64,000 nt of DNA from Diplonema japonicum (taxonomy: Eukaryota; Protista; Euglenozoa: Diplonemea), in NCBI GenBank assembly GCA_964019335.1, contig OZ025648.1:1116001-1180000 (forward strand), in the 5' to 3' direction. This document shows positions 22,423-34,500 of this stretch, piece by piece (the stretch's first letter is position 1; every line of letters begins with the position of its first letter). The position numbers and the translations under genes were made by a program. The notes under the pieces are model-generated. The model ran no database searches and was not told the DNA's origin. It worked only from the letters and a program-made list of their open reading frames with translations.

Positions 22423-22983
22423 GGGATGAGGGGCCTTTATCCTGATGTTGCGGTATGCTGCAAAAAAAAGCAACACGCTGTTTAAAAACACAAATAGACG
22501 TCACCTTGTTTATTCTACACCCCTGACCTCTGACCTTTTTTTTTGCACGCCGACCTGGGGCTAAGACGATTGATGATGGTTTCTAGCAAAATTCGTTTTT
22601 TTTTCCTATGTAAACGGGTAATACTGGTCTTGGTGGAATTTAATGGAAGGGGGAAAGAAAGAAGCGAAATAAAACCCTGATGTGTATGTGTGTGTGGGTG
22701 ATTTTTATTGCTTTGTGAAATCCATTTTTGAGGACATATTTTCTCCACCCAGTATTACTCTGATTACTTTTAGTGGGGTACCGGAGGCTGTGTTTTGCTG
22801 GGGGTGGCTGCAGCACTCTGCACACAAGCCCCGCGGTGAAGACACACGCCCTGGTACTGCCCGCAATTCTTTATATTGTACATGTATTGTTTAGCCCTCC
22901 TCTTTTGATATGTTTCGTTGAGGTACCCTCGTATTATTTGGTTTTCTTTTTTTTTGATCGTGCAATTCAACTCCTTCAGCACT

Positions 22984-24933
22984 ATGGATGCCGCGGGGTT
23001 CTTCAGAGCGCTGAAGGCAGGCGACACGGAGAAAACACTGGATATGTTAGAGGGCCAGCACGGAAAGGAGTATGCTGGGCTTCGGGATGCTGGAAGGAGG
23101 GGGTCAAGGCCGCTTCACTGGGCAGCCTACTTGGGGAATGTAAGTGTTTGTGAGAAGCTGGTAGAGAAGAGAGCTGGTCTACGGGCAGTGGAGAGGGACG
23201 GGAAGACCGCGTTGCATGTGGCAGCAGCTGAGGGACACCTTAAAGTGGTGATCGTGCTGTTGTCTGCTTTGAAGGACCAGGACCTTGCAACCCCTATGAA
23301 CGAGTACCAGTGGAGCCCACGCACGCTGTCTACCAGGAATGGCCATGAGGAGATCGCAAAACTGCTCTCTGTTGCCTTCCCTAGTACCTCCCCTGAGGAC
23401 CACGACCTCACCACCAATACACTTAGCGAGCGACTCAAGCACTTCAAATCCGTATCGTCCATCCTCGCATCCCAGTTCAGCTCCCAAAAAGATGCCCTTC
23501 TCCGTGCCTCCCGTCTTGCTTTCGAGCGCCGCAGCCACGAGGCTACTCTCCTCGGGTCCCTTAAGATGGGGGTGAAGTCTATTGTGGACGACTGCTTGAA
23601 GGACACTCCCCGTGACCATGACAAGATATCAAAAGAGACGGAGGAGTACGAAAGGGAGCTGTGGCGCAGGGTAAAACGGGACGAAGAAAGAAAAAGGGAG
23701 GAAGGGCGGAAGAGGTTCCAAGTTCAGATGGAGCGAGCAAGAGAAGAAACAAGGAAGCAAAGAAGCGTCTTGGAAAAACAGCTCCAGAAGGAACAACAAG
23801 AAGAGGTAAAGGAGCTACGAGAGGCGTGGGGGAGACACGAAGCGATACGAAACTTCGAACACACAATATTCATCAGCGGCGAGAAATGCTGCGACAGGTA
23901 CGAGATGACAGTGGAGGAAAGGGAAGGCTTCCCCGTGTGGGAGACGAGTGACGGGAGCAGGCTGTATTCAGAAAACGGGAGGTGGGTGGCCACTTCGCGA
24001 GGGGGCATGCTGTTTCGGTCGGCGGTGCACGACACAAAGTCCCCCACTTGCGTGCACCCTTGGAAGGATGCTGACGGCATCACTTCAGAAGTGACGTGTC
24101 ATGCTGAGACAGGTGAGTACATGACGTTCACAGTGACGAAGCTACGGTGTGTCCCTCCGATGGTGAACCCCGGCGATATCCATCTGCGGGTGCAGCACAA
24201 GTCAACCGGCATCACACACAACCCACCCCTGCACTCGACTGTAGAACTAGAGACATCTACGGGAGGGTCATGCGTAGTGTCTCTGTATGTCCCCGGTGTG
24301 TGGGAAACCTTGCTGGGAACTGGAACGGTCGATTTGTGTACAGGTTCGCAATGGGTCAAGGTAGCTGGTGACCTTGCTGTCTTCATCAAGGTGTCGCAGC
24401 ACGCCCTGCCGAGACGGCCGCAGAGAGGTGACACGCTGCACGCTGTGATGCCTGCTGAGAGTGTTGCGATGTCGCTTGTTGTGGTCTCTGCGTGGGGGCT
24501 ACCTTCCTTGGGGTTCTTCTCATTAGACCTCAAGGCCTATGTGAAGATACGCTACGCAGATGAGGAGCTCAAGACTACTGTGGAGGAGTCTGCAAGTCTT
24601 GAGTGGAAGGAGCCGTTCACCTTTACCTGCCCGTCGGACAGGTCCATCCTGCTCACGGTGTGCCATGCGTCTTTGGTGGGTGTTGACCAGGAGATTGCAT
24701 CATGCACCCTGCCCCCCACTTCAAAAGGCGACCAGGAGTTGTCGCTCGCTCCGTCGGGCAAGCTGCGTGTCGTCTGGTCCAAAGACAGCCAAAAGTCTCC
24801 CACGCCTTCCAAGGCTTCTGCATTGTGTGCCGACATGTGGGTTGAGCGAGAGCAGAGCGACGGGGAGGACGACGATTCTGAGGGAACTGCTTCCTTCGGC
24901 ACCTTTGCTTCATTAGAATGGATGGAGACATAG
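22984..24933 (+). CDS. Ankyrin repeat + coiled coil + Trp-rich module + C2-domain protein
   Basis: PLHWAAYLGN and GKTALHVAAAEGH ankyrin repeats; C2-like LVVVSAWGLP...KAYVKI...KTTV...WKEPFTF. Confidence 0.85.
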   Translation: MDAAGFFRALKAGDTEKTLDMLEGQHGKEYAGLRDAGRRGSRPLHWAAYLGNVSVCEKLVEKRAGLRAVERDGKTALHVAAAEGHLKVVIVLLSALKDQDLATPMNEYQWSPRTLSTRNGHEEIAKLLSVAFPSTSPEDHDLTTNTLSERLKHFKSVSSILASQFSSQKDALLRASRLAFERRSHEATLLGSLKMGVKSIVDDCLKDTPRDHDKISKETEEYERELWRRVKRDEERKREEGRKRFQVQMERAREETRKQRSVLEKQLQKEQQEEVKELREAWGRHEAIRNFEHTIFISGEKCCDRYEMTVEEREGFPVWETSDGSRLYSENGRWVATSRGGMLFRSAVHDTKSPTCVHPWKDADGITSEVTCHAETGEYMTFTVTKLRCVPPMVNPGDIHLRVQHKSTGITHNPPLHSTVELETSTGGSCVVSLYVPGVWETLLGTGTVDLCTGSQWVKVAGDLAVFIKVSQHALPRRPQRGDTLHAVMPAESVAMSLVVVSAWGLPSLGFFSLDLKAYVKIRYADEELKTTVEESASLEWKEPFTFTCPSDRSILLTVCHASLVGVDQEIASCTLPPTSKGDQELSLAPSGKLRVVWSKDSQKSPTPSKASALCADMWVEREQSDGEDDDSEGTASFGTFASLEWMET

Positions 24934-25047
24934 TAGCGTTGCTGCTTATTTCCGTAAGCAGCTCACTGTAATATTTAAGTAAGAATTGCTGCTTTTTTCT
25001 TTTTTGTACATTTTAGTTTTTACCCCCACCAGGGAATACATTAAAGA

Positions 25048-25459
25048 ATGAAGGGACTGACCCACAACTTGCTGGCGTGCCTGAAGTGCAGTGCGTTCCC
25101 TTTGAAACTGACGGTGTCTGAGGCCGATCAGCTGGAGTGTGAATTCGATGCAGAGCACGTGGTGAGGATACTGCCCAAACTGGACTGGAAGGGCCTCGTG
25201 GCGCTTGCGGCAGATTTGAAAGAATTTTTGGATGTATGTTTGAAATACACGAAATAACAATCGCTAGGCTGATGTCGCCGCCCTGCCCGCAGAGATGCCT
25301 GAAGATATTCACAAGAACGAGCCCGTGCTGCGCACCCTGCACCACCTCACAATGGAGATCAAGGTGCAGAACGGTTCCCTTGAGTGCCCTTCGTGCTCTA
25401 CAAAATTTCAAATTAAGGACAGCATACCCAACATGGTGCTGAACGAAGCTGGCGAATAA
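25048..25459 (+). CDS. TRM112: Trm112 methyltransferase activator (exons 25048-25233, 25268-25459)
   Basis: MKGLTHNLLAC..FPLKL, RILPKLDW; spliced exon LRTLHHLTMEIKVQNGSLECPSC..FQIKDSIPNMVL. Confidence 0.93.
25234..25267 (+). other. Spliceosomal intron, 34 nt, phase 0 (TRM112)
   Basis: GTATGT...CGCTAG; restores the conserved C-terminal half. Confidence 0.9.
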
Positions 25460-25659
25460 TTTGCATGACGACATATGGTTACGAGAATGATCTGTTTTTT
25501 TTTCTCATTTTTTCATTTCCAGTGTATTAATTGTGAGGCCGCTTGCCCCCTCATAAACAAGCACAGCCTACCCAAGAGATCATCAATTGTCATCTTTATT
25601 CGGTACCCCTGGAAACCAGGCACGTCCCATACTCACATAGGAAACAACACGTAGTCAAG

Positions 25660-28600
25660 ATGCCCAGCACGGCCTCGAGTGGGTCGCCAGGCCACATTGA
25701 GAGTCTGGAGATCACAGATTTCAAGAGTTACAAGGGGACGCACTACATTGGGCCGTTTAGAGACTTCACGTGCATTATCGGGCCCAATGGGAGCGGGAAG
25801 AGCAACATCATGGACTCCATCTCGTTTGTCTTGGGGATCAAGACGGTCAACATGCGTGCAGCGAACCTAAAGGACCTCGTGTACAGCGTGGAAACAGGTG
25901 CAGCAAAGAAGGCGACTGTGAAGCTATTCTTCGCGGTCTCTGGCTCCAAGAAGATTGTGTTTCAGCGAACAGTGACCACTGCTGGTGTCACCGAGTACTC
26001 AGTCGACGCCAAGGTGGTTTCGTGGCCAAAATACGAGGAGACTCTGAGGGAGTACAACATCCTGGCAGAAACGAGAAACTGTCTCATCTTTCAGGGCGAA
26101 GTCGAGAGCATGGCCCACAAGTCACCCAAGGAGATCACTGAGATGATCGAGACAGTAGCAGGATCCGCAGAGCTTAAAAAAGAATACGAGAAGAAGCGGA
26201 AGGAATACCAAGACGCGTCGGACGTCCTGCGCCAGACCTCCAGAAACAAGCACCGCACAGGGATCGAGAAGAACACGCTGAAGCTGCACAAAGAAGAGGC
26301 TCAAAGGTACCACACCCTCATGAAAGATTTAAGTATGTTATCGTCACACAATCAAAGATCCAACACCGACAGGTCTGTTAAAGGTGGAGCACGCCATGCT
26401 TCAGTTCTACAACATTGAAACAGGCATCGTCGCCTCGAAGAAGTTCATGTCAGTGGCGAAGACTGGTGTGATGAACAGTGACAAGGCGTTCGGTGAGGTC
26501 GAGAGCAGCGCCAAGGAAGTCAAGCAGCGGATCGCGACCCTCCATGGAGAGCACTTGAAACATCACAAGCTTGACAAAGACTACACACAACAGCTGATGG
26601 TTAAGAAGCGCATCAGTGCAGAGAAGGATGCAGAGAGCAAGATGATGCAGCTCAAAGTCAGCAAGCTGCAGACACAGCTCAAGTCAGCAAAAGAAGAAGG
26701 CGAGAAGGCGAGCGAGAGGCTTAAGAGCTTGGAAACCGACCTGAAGGAACAGGAGGTAATTATGACAGCACACGAGAAGAAGTGGAAAGAAGAAGACAAA
26801 CAAGGTGCTCTGTCTGAGACGGACATCGCTGAGTTCAAGAAGCTGCGATCAATCGCTCAAGAGGAGACTTCGGGGCTCACGCAGGAGCTGAAGCAACATG
26901 AACGAAACCTGGAACACGCGAGACACCAGAAGGCCAGCTACGAAGAAGTGAAGAGGGACAACGAGAAGAGGCTCCATGCTGCTCACGAAAAGATAATCAC
27001 GTTCAAGAAGAAGGAGGACGAAGCTACAGGTCAGGGCGGTGCAGCTAAGGAACAAAAGGAAGAATGGAACTCTGAATTGATGCAGGTCAAAGGACTAATC
27101 CAGCGACAGAAGGAAGAGCTGCAAAAGAAGGAGCAGCAACTGAAGCAGGTGACCGACGAGGTGGCCAGCATCAGGAGCGACAGAGATGAGAGCAAGTCAT
27201 CGCTGCGCATGAAGCAGGCACTCGAGGACATGATGGAGCTTTACAGCGGTGTGAAGGGAAGGTTATGCGACCTTATCACCATTCCTAACAAGAAGCATCG
27301 TGTGGCCGTGACAGTTGCCCTTGGGAGACACATGGAGGCCATCGTCACAGACAACGACAGAACAGCCCATGAATGCGTGCAGTACCTGAAAGACCAGAGG
27401 ATTGGCACCTTATCATTCATCCCCCTACCGTCCGTCCGCGGAAAAGAAGTCACCGACCAGCACAGGGTCCTGGGTGGCACCGCTACACCCGTGGCCGACT
27501 GCATCACTTGCGAGTCCTGGTTGGACCCGGCCATCAAGTATGCCATTGGGCAGACCATCCTCGTTGACGATCTAAAGGAAGGGCAACAAGTGGCGTGGGA
27601 AAAGTCAAGCAGGCACAAGGTTGTCACCTTGGACGGTACAGTGCTTCAGAAGAACGGTGTGATGACCGGTGGTGCCGCAAGTATCGAGAACCGTGCGAGG
27701 AAGTTCGACGAAAAGCTCCTGGAAGGGAAGAAGGAAAAGCGCGACAGGCTTGCGATTGAAGTACGAAGCCTGCACACTGACATCCTTAGGGCCGACGAGA
27801 AGGAGCGCGACCTGTCAGCGCAGGTGGACGCACAGAAGCAAAAGGAAGTGTTCTACAAAACTGATATACAGCAGTGGTCTAGCAAAAGGAAGGAGCTCGA
27901 GGATGAACTCAAGAGGCTGAAGGCTGAAGAGAAAGACACCTTTGGGCCGAAGCTGGAGGCTTTGGAAAAGGAGATACAGAGTCTAGAGAAACAGGTTGAT
28001 AAAATACAGGGCAAGATCACAGTTGAGGAGAGTAAGATATTCGGTGCATTCGGAGAGCGTGTAAAAATCAGGGATGTCAGGGACTACGAAAGGCGAGAGC
28101 TCAACAAAGAAAAAGACCGAGCTGCCAAGAGAGCGGAGGTGAGGTCTGTGATAAACAGGCTGATGGCGCAGTCGGACTTCGAGAAGAGAAGAGAAAGGCC
28201 TATTTCGCCTGCTGAGCTCACAGCACAACTGAAAAAGCTGGAGGAAGACACGAAAGCAAAAAGAAAAGATTCAGAGAACCGAGCGAAGGAAGAAGAAGAG
28301 CTTGAGAAGCGCTCGGCCAAGACTAAGGAGAAGATCGAATCAAATGGAAAGGATCTGCGCACCGCCGAGACAGAACTGAAGAAGCTGAAGAAAGAACTCA
28401 GTATGAAGACAGCGGACAGAGAGGCAGCCTTGAAGAAACAGCAGCAACTGCTCACCCTTCAAGAGAAGCTAAGGTCGCAGAGGAACCGACTGAGGTCAAG
28501 GTGCGTCGCAGAAGACGTTGACCTTCCCAACGTATCGCTCGTTGACTTAAGCAAAAGGAAAAGGAAGCGAGAACACACAGAGAGCGACCTGGGGAGCAAT

Positions 28601-29542
28601 AAGGGAGGGTCCGGCAAGCACGTGGAGGAATTAGAGAGCACCACCGACGCTGAGGGCTTTGTCACTGTATCGGAGGTCTTCATTGAGGGACAACCGAATG
28701 ACGAGAAGACAACCAGCGACCTTGGTAAACAGTCAGCCAAGAATATGACCGCGCTTGACTTCACGAAAATGAAGGAATCCCTAAGGTCCGCTGTGCGCAA
28801 GGGCAAGGAGTCCTACTTGGAGCAGCTCACCATCCTTGACCACGCGATTGAAGAGAAGCTCGACGCCATTGACAGGCTCATCCCTAACATGAAAATTGAC
28901 GACAAGAAGATGAAGGGCATCGAGGGCGAGATGAAGAAGACTACTGACAACTGGTTGGACGCTCAAGAGAAGCAGAAGAAGGCACACCTCTCCTTCATAA
29001 AGGTGAAGGAGAAGAGGTATGCTAGGTTCACCAGAGCGTTCGAGATAATCTCAAACTCGATCTCTGCTGTGTACCAGCTGTTGACGCAAGGCACCAGCGG
29101 AGATGCCAAAGGTGTTGCCTTCATCACATCTGATGAGCTAGAAGAGCCGTACTTGGGTGGGACGAAGTTCTCAGCAGTGCCGCCCACGAAGCGTTACCGT
29201 GAAATGGAGTCGCTTTCAGGTGGCGAGAAGACGGTTGCTGCGTTGGCGCTCCTCTTCGCCATTCACAAGGTGTGCCCTTCGCCGTTCTTCGTCCTTGATG
29301 AGGTGGATGCCGCCCTCGACAAAGGGAACGTGGACAAGGTCATCAACTACGTGCAGAAGACATGCACCAACACACAGTTCCTGGTCATTAGTCTCAAGGT
29401 ATGCTTTGTGTTTGTAGTCCTATGATTTTTTATTCCGCAGGACACGTTTTACCAGACTGCTAGTAGTCTCGTCGGTGTTCACAAGGTCAGACTCAACCAC
29501 TCCTCCGCAGTCAAGACCCTGGATCTTACTCAGTACGAATGA
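25660..29542 (+). CDS. SMC1: Cohesin subunit SMC1 (exons 25660-26332, 26373-29398, 29441-29542)
   Basis: FKSYKG, Walker A GPNGSGKSN, hinge GVKGRLCDL..VTLDG, signature LSGGEK, Walker B LDEVDAALD, spliced end VISLKDTFY...KTLDLTQYE. Confidence 0.95.
26333..26372 (+). other. Spliceosomal intron, 40 nt, phase 1 (SMC1)
   Basis: GTATGT...CCGACAG; joins the two SMC ORFs in frame. Confidence 0.9.
29399..29440 (+). other. Spliceosomal intron, 42 nt, phase 0 (SMC1)
   Basis: AAG|GTATGC...CCGCAG; restores the SMC1 C-terminus. Confidence 0.92.
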
Positions 29543-29705
29543 GATCCCCCCCCCCTCCTTAGATCTTCCTATAGAGTGCATTTTTTAACCCATTCTCTTC
29601 TTTTGGTTGTAACCTACCCAATGTGTGCTTTTTCTTTTTAGGCGATCATGTCACATACTGCAGGTTCCCTTCAAAGACATCTTTTAATAAGGCATTTCTT
29701 AGTGC

Positions 29706-29738
<33 letters not shown>

Positions 29739-30087
29739 GAGAAAGAAATGGGCGGGGGGGAGAAAAGAGAATTTAAGCCATGCAATGTGGTCCGTTCCCC
29801 GTTCCCCTTCTCAAAGCAACTAGATGAATGGGGGGAGAAAAGGAATGAATCAGCGAAAAGGTCGGGTAAAGGGTTTTCTCTTATTACTTTTTTTTCCTGC
29901 GCTGCCGACCCTTTCTTCTAATCCTCCCATCTGTTATGCCAGCTCTTCAGTTGGTGTGGCATTTCCCCCTTTTATTTACTCCCCTTTTTTAGATCTCGCT
30001 TCCTCCCTATTTTTTTCATTCAGTTCTTATTTTCTTTTCTGACCTGTACGGGCACGTCGATGTTTCCTCTTCTTTAGGACAGATTCG

Positions 30088-30963
30088 ATGGGTAGATATT
30101 GGTACGCGGTGGCACGGGGTAGGAGAACAGGAGTATACGAGACTTGGGGTGATGCAGAGGATAATGTAAGAGGGTACAGTGGCGCAAAGTACAAGAAATT
30201 CTCAAGCAGGAGTGAAGCACAGGAATGGGCTAATGGAGGGGAGCCTGAACAGGACGAGGGCTACGCAAGGGAGCCTGTACAGAACACGAGTTATGCAAGA
30301 GCGCCTGTACAGGACAGGAGCTATGCAAGAGCGCCTGTACAGGACAGGGACTATGCAAGGGAGCGTGATTATGACAGACGCACCCGAGCTTATGAAATGC
30401 CTACTCAAACACACAGGTCCAGCAACGACCTGTACTATGATGCAATCGAGCAAGAACAAGGAGAAGCTTCAGAGCCCGATGAATGTGTTCCCACTCAGCC
30501 CATCTACCCGCGAGAGACGCGTAGATCCTACAGAGCACCAGAAACACCTCAAAACAGCCGTATGACCATGTACTTCGATGGTGCTAGCAAGGGCAACCCA
30601 GGCAGGTCTGGTGCTGGTGCGTGGCTATCGGATGGGCGCACATGCAAGTGGACAGTCACACACCCCATACCTGGCTCGGCTACGAACAACGAGGCTGAGT
30701 ACTACGGTCTTGTGGAGGGACTTCGCAAGGCTTGCGATACCGGGGTGGCGAAGCTGCATGTGAAGGGTGACAGCGACCTCATTATCAAACAGATGCAGGG
30801 CATCTACAAGGTGCGTAGCCCTGGTCTGACGCCACTCCACAACCAAGCCATGGACATGGTGAACAAGATCAGGAGGCGTAACGGTGCAGAGGTTACTTTC
30901 GAACACATCCCCAGGGGGCAGAATGCAAGGGCCGATGAGCTAGCAAATCGTGCGGTTAGGTAA
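30088..30963 (+). CDS. Ribonuclease H1 (hybrid-binding domain + archaeal/actinobacterial/plant-type RNase HI domain)
   Basis: HBD YAVARGRRTGVYETW...YKKF; catalytic YFDGASKGNPG, TNNEAEY, GDSDLIIKQ, HIPRGQNARADELAN. Confidence 0.92.
   Translation: MGRYWYAVARGRRTGVYETWGDAEDNVRGYSGAKYKKFSSRSEAQEWANGGEPEQDEGYAREPVQNTSYARAPVQDRSYARAPVQDRDYARERDYDRRTRAYEMPTQTHRSSNDLYYDAIEQEQGEASEPDECVPTQPIYPRETRRSYRAPETPQNSRMTMYFDGASKGNPGRSGAGAWLSDGRTCKWTVTHPIPGSATNNEAEYYGLVEGLRKACDTGVAKLHVKGDSDLIIKQMQGIYKVRSPGLTPLHNQAMDMVNKIRRRNGAEVTFEHIPRGQNARADELANRAVR
30262..30362 (+). repeat. 30-nt coding tandem repeat (YAR[E/A]PVQ.. x3 plus a partial copy) in the RNase H linker
   Basis: tatgcaagagcgcctgtacaggacagg repeated. 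Confidence 0.85.
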
Positions 30964-31057
30964 TAGCAAGCGTCTTCTGACGAAACCCTTTCAGGCTTTG
31001 TGAGGGATACATAGATTATTTTCACCTAGCTACAAGTGTTACGCATCCATAGGAGAC

Positions 31058-31480
31058 ATGCCTGTCTTGAAGTACCAAGCAGTGTCGTATGAGGTCCCGT
31101 CGGCCACCACAGTTGGGTGTCTTCAGGACTGGGTGGTAGAACACCTTGGGATCCCCAAGGCATTCCAGAAGCTGGTGATGAAGGGTAAGCAGCTGGTGGA
31201 CGAAACGGCGGTACTTGACGTTAAGGCTAAGGTAATGCTGCTGGGAAACAGCTATGATGCCAAAGGGGCAGGCGAGGCGATCAGCAAGTGCTGCAGCAAC
31301 GCAACAAAGTTCCTCGCCGATACACGCAGCAAAGGGGCTGTTACTGAGACCACGGCAGCAGAGTGCAAAAAGCTCTTAGAGGAGTTGTTTAGCTTCAACA
31401 TACCCGAGGGGGTTGAAAGCTTCAAGGAACGTGAAATGGTAGCTAAGAAGTTGCGTAATATACTAGGAGCAAGTGGCTAG
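31058..31480 (+). CDS. Ubiquitin-like domain protein
   Basis: TTVGCLQ...GIPKAFQKLVMKGKQL...KVMLLG, followed by a short helical tail. Confidence 0.8.
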   Translation: MPVLKYQAVSYEVPSATTVGCLQDWVVEHLGIPKAFQKLVMKGKQLVDETAVLDVKAKVMLLGNSYDAKGAGEAISKCCSNATKFLADTRSKGAVTETTAAECKKLLEELFSFNIPEGVESFKEREMVAKKLRNILGASG

Positions 31481-31539
31481 AACAAGTTGTTTTCTTGTAC
31501 ACTGCTAAATATACGACAAAACACAGGGTGGGGTGGTTG

Positions 31540-34500
31540 ATGCCAAATGGTGCGCACCTGTTAGCGTGGGCACCTGCTCATCATTGGCACACCGCGGTGA
31601 AACAGCATGGTCATGCTTTGAGGTGGTTCAAGCCTACAGGTACAGGGCACCATGGCCATGGGGTTGCTCGTTCACACGCGCACACTGGGCATTCAGCGCA
31701 CACTGGACATTCGTACCACAATCATGGCAGCAGTGGAGATAGTGGGACGGAACATGCTAGTTCGACGGAAACTGGCACAAGTGGCGATGCACACAGATCA
31801 ACACAGGGCCATCCCACGAACACACACAGCTCGCAATCACATGAGCAGAGCACACATCACACAGCGGGCCAAAACAATCAAACGTTCTCAGCAAGTGCTA
31901 ATAAAGAGTCCCATGGAAGCAGCCATCCTGAAGGGCCTACAGGAAAGGCAAGCACGACTGCTACCGCAACAAGCTCTGGACATCCTGTTCATAATACATC
32001 TCAAACAAGTAGTCACAGCAGAAGTACAGGACCAGCAGGGGCAAAGGAGGCAACCATGAAGCACACTACTGGTGTATCAGAAGGCGCATCTCACGGTCCA
32101 CGCGCAGGGAATGCAGAGCAGCACAGCACAGCTGGCCCAGCAAAACATGACATGTCGAACAGCAGTGCAGTACCTGGAGAGACGTCCGGTGCGCAGGCAT
32201 CAGCACATTCAGCAGCTGGTAACAATGGGACGGGAAAGGCGCACCACGTGCATTCTACTCACGAGAGATCCAGTACTGCTTCAAGGACATTCCATCACAC
32301 TACCGAGGGGCAAGCGGAAGTTGGCCACGAGACTACTATGCATAGTAACACATCTGGTAGAGCAGGCCACCCGGAGGCAAGCAGTACTGCTGAGAGCTCT
32401 AGTTCAGCAGGTGCTGCAGGGCATGGGAATCTTCCTGACACGGCAGGGTCACATGCCGCGCAGAGCGCCCATAGCTCAGGCCGAGCACATACGAGTCATG
32501 CGACCGATCCAAGCGCTGCAAATATCCATAAAACCACGACTGCCGAGACTGCATCAAGCACGAGTCATGCCCCCCAGTCCGGTAGTCAACCTAGTAGCCA
32601 TACTAATCATAGCAGTAGGCAACCCAACACCAGTTCCGCTACTGGGATGTCAGCACACACCGCCAAAGCTGATATCAGTCAGGCCAGCAGCAATCAGACG
32701 TCAAACAGTCAAACTGCACATACCACAAATCAAGCTGGTCAAGCTACAAGCCATGTAGATCAAGCAGCCTCAACCCACAGCCAAGCTAATGTTAGTCAGC
32801 AAACACATACCAGCCAAGCCACTAGTCAGACTGCTCATACCTCGAACCAGACTAGTCAGGCCGCCACCGGCACTAGTGTTGGCAGCCATGCAAATAGCAA
32901 TCAGTTCCCGTCTACACGTTCTAGCACACAGGCTGATAGCCATGCTAACAGTGGAGGTCAAGCTACTAGCCATGCAAGCCACACGGGAATGCATGCCAAC
33001 ACGCAGGCTGACAGCGGGCAAGCAACAAATACAAGTTCCCATGCTAGCCAGGAAACACACAGTACAGGTGAGGCTGGGAGCAGTCGAACTACTTACGGTA
33101 GCCAAGCACATGGTCAGAGTCATGCACACACCGATGTGAAGCATGCAAGCCAAACTTCTCAGGATCCTCTTGGACGCTCGAGAAGTAGTCAAGCTCACAG
33201 CACTCATGCGACAGGTGACCATGCTGCCTCCCAAGAAATGGGTACGCGTACCTCTGCAAGCTCGTCGCACAACGGCCATGCGGGCGAAACAAATTCAAAA
33301 GCGAGTCATGTTGGCAGTTCGGGTCATGTACCAGGGGCAGCCAGCCAAGGTTCACATGCCCAATCGGGGCAAAGCACACATACTTCGCACACCGAAACAG
33401 GAGGGACATCGCAGCAGGCAAATCATGGCCACAGCGACGCCACGACAGGTACACATGCTCAATCGGGGTATAGTAGTTCGCACCCCGAAGCAGCGAAAAC
33501 GGCGCAGCCAGCCAGCCAAGGTCCACAAGCCCAATCGGGACAAAGCACACATACCTCACACACTGAAACAGGAAGGACAACACAGCAGGCAAACCATGGC
33601 TACGCTTCAGGCTCACATGCCCAATCGGGGCAAAGTAATTCGAACACCGAAGCAGCGACAACAGCACAACCGGCCAGCCAAAGTTCACAAGCTCAAGGCA
33701 ATCCACAACCGGCCAGCCAAGGTCCACAAGCCCAATCGGGACAAAGCACACATACTTCGCACACCACGGGAGGGACAACACAGCAGGCAAATCATGGCCA
33801 CGGAAACGCCACGACAGGTACACATGCACAGCCAGCCAGCCAAGGTTCACAAGCCCAATCAGGACAAAGCACACATACTTCAGGCTCACATGCTCAATCG
33901 GGGCAAGGTGGTTCGCACACCGAAGCAGCGAAAACGGCGCAGCCAGCCAGCCAAGGTCCACATGACCAATCGGGACAAAGCACACATACCTCACACACCG
34001 AAACAGGAGGGACAACACAGCAGGCAAACCATGGCTACGCTTCAGGTTCACATGCCCAGGGGCAAGGTACGCATACCGAACCGGGGAAAGCAACGCAAGC
34101 TAACCACGGTTCACAGGCCCAATCGGCACAAAGCACACATCCTTCAAACACAGAAGGAGCCCGAGCTAGCGATACCGCACACAAAACGGCGGGTGCTAGT
34201 GGTCACGCGAAGGGACACAATCAAAGCGATTCACAGCATACTGGGCAGACCAACACAGCAAGGCATGAACAACGGAGCACCCCCTCCGCCAATACGAGCA
34301 CGCACAGCGGTGCGAATAGCGGGCCAGGAAATGCAGCGGGGGCTAAGCCAAAAAGGAAGTTGCGCATGGGTAAAATACACACAAAAAACGGGGGCAGCTA
34401 TCTTCCAACTGGAACAAAGGCCACTTACCAGGGCCCTCCGGTTATGGCAAGCGCTGTGCCGATGAGCAGCATAACGGCAGGACACGGCAATATGCCAGCT

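Noticed and set aside
22417-22620. TGC TGA GGG (Cys-Sec-Gly-like) at the cyclin end with a downstream ATGA..AA
   Set aside because: No complementary strand for a SECIS helix could be found.
31473-31526. Intron fusing the UBL gene to the His-rich ORF
   Set aside because: The available GT donors are phase 1 while the acceptor needs phase 2; splicing would give a stop within a few codons.
33143-34465. 440-aa overlapping alternative-frame ORF and 334-aa antisense ORF
   Set aside because: Expected from repeated stop-free units within the His-rich gene.
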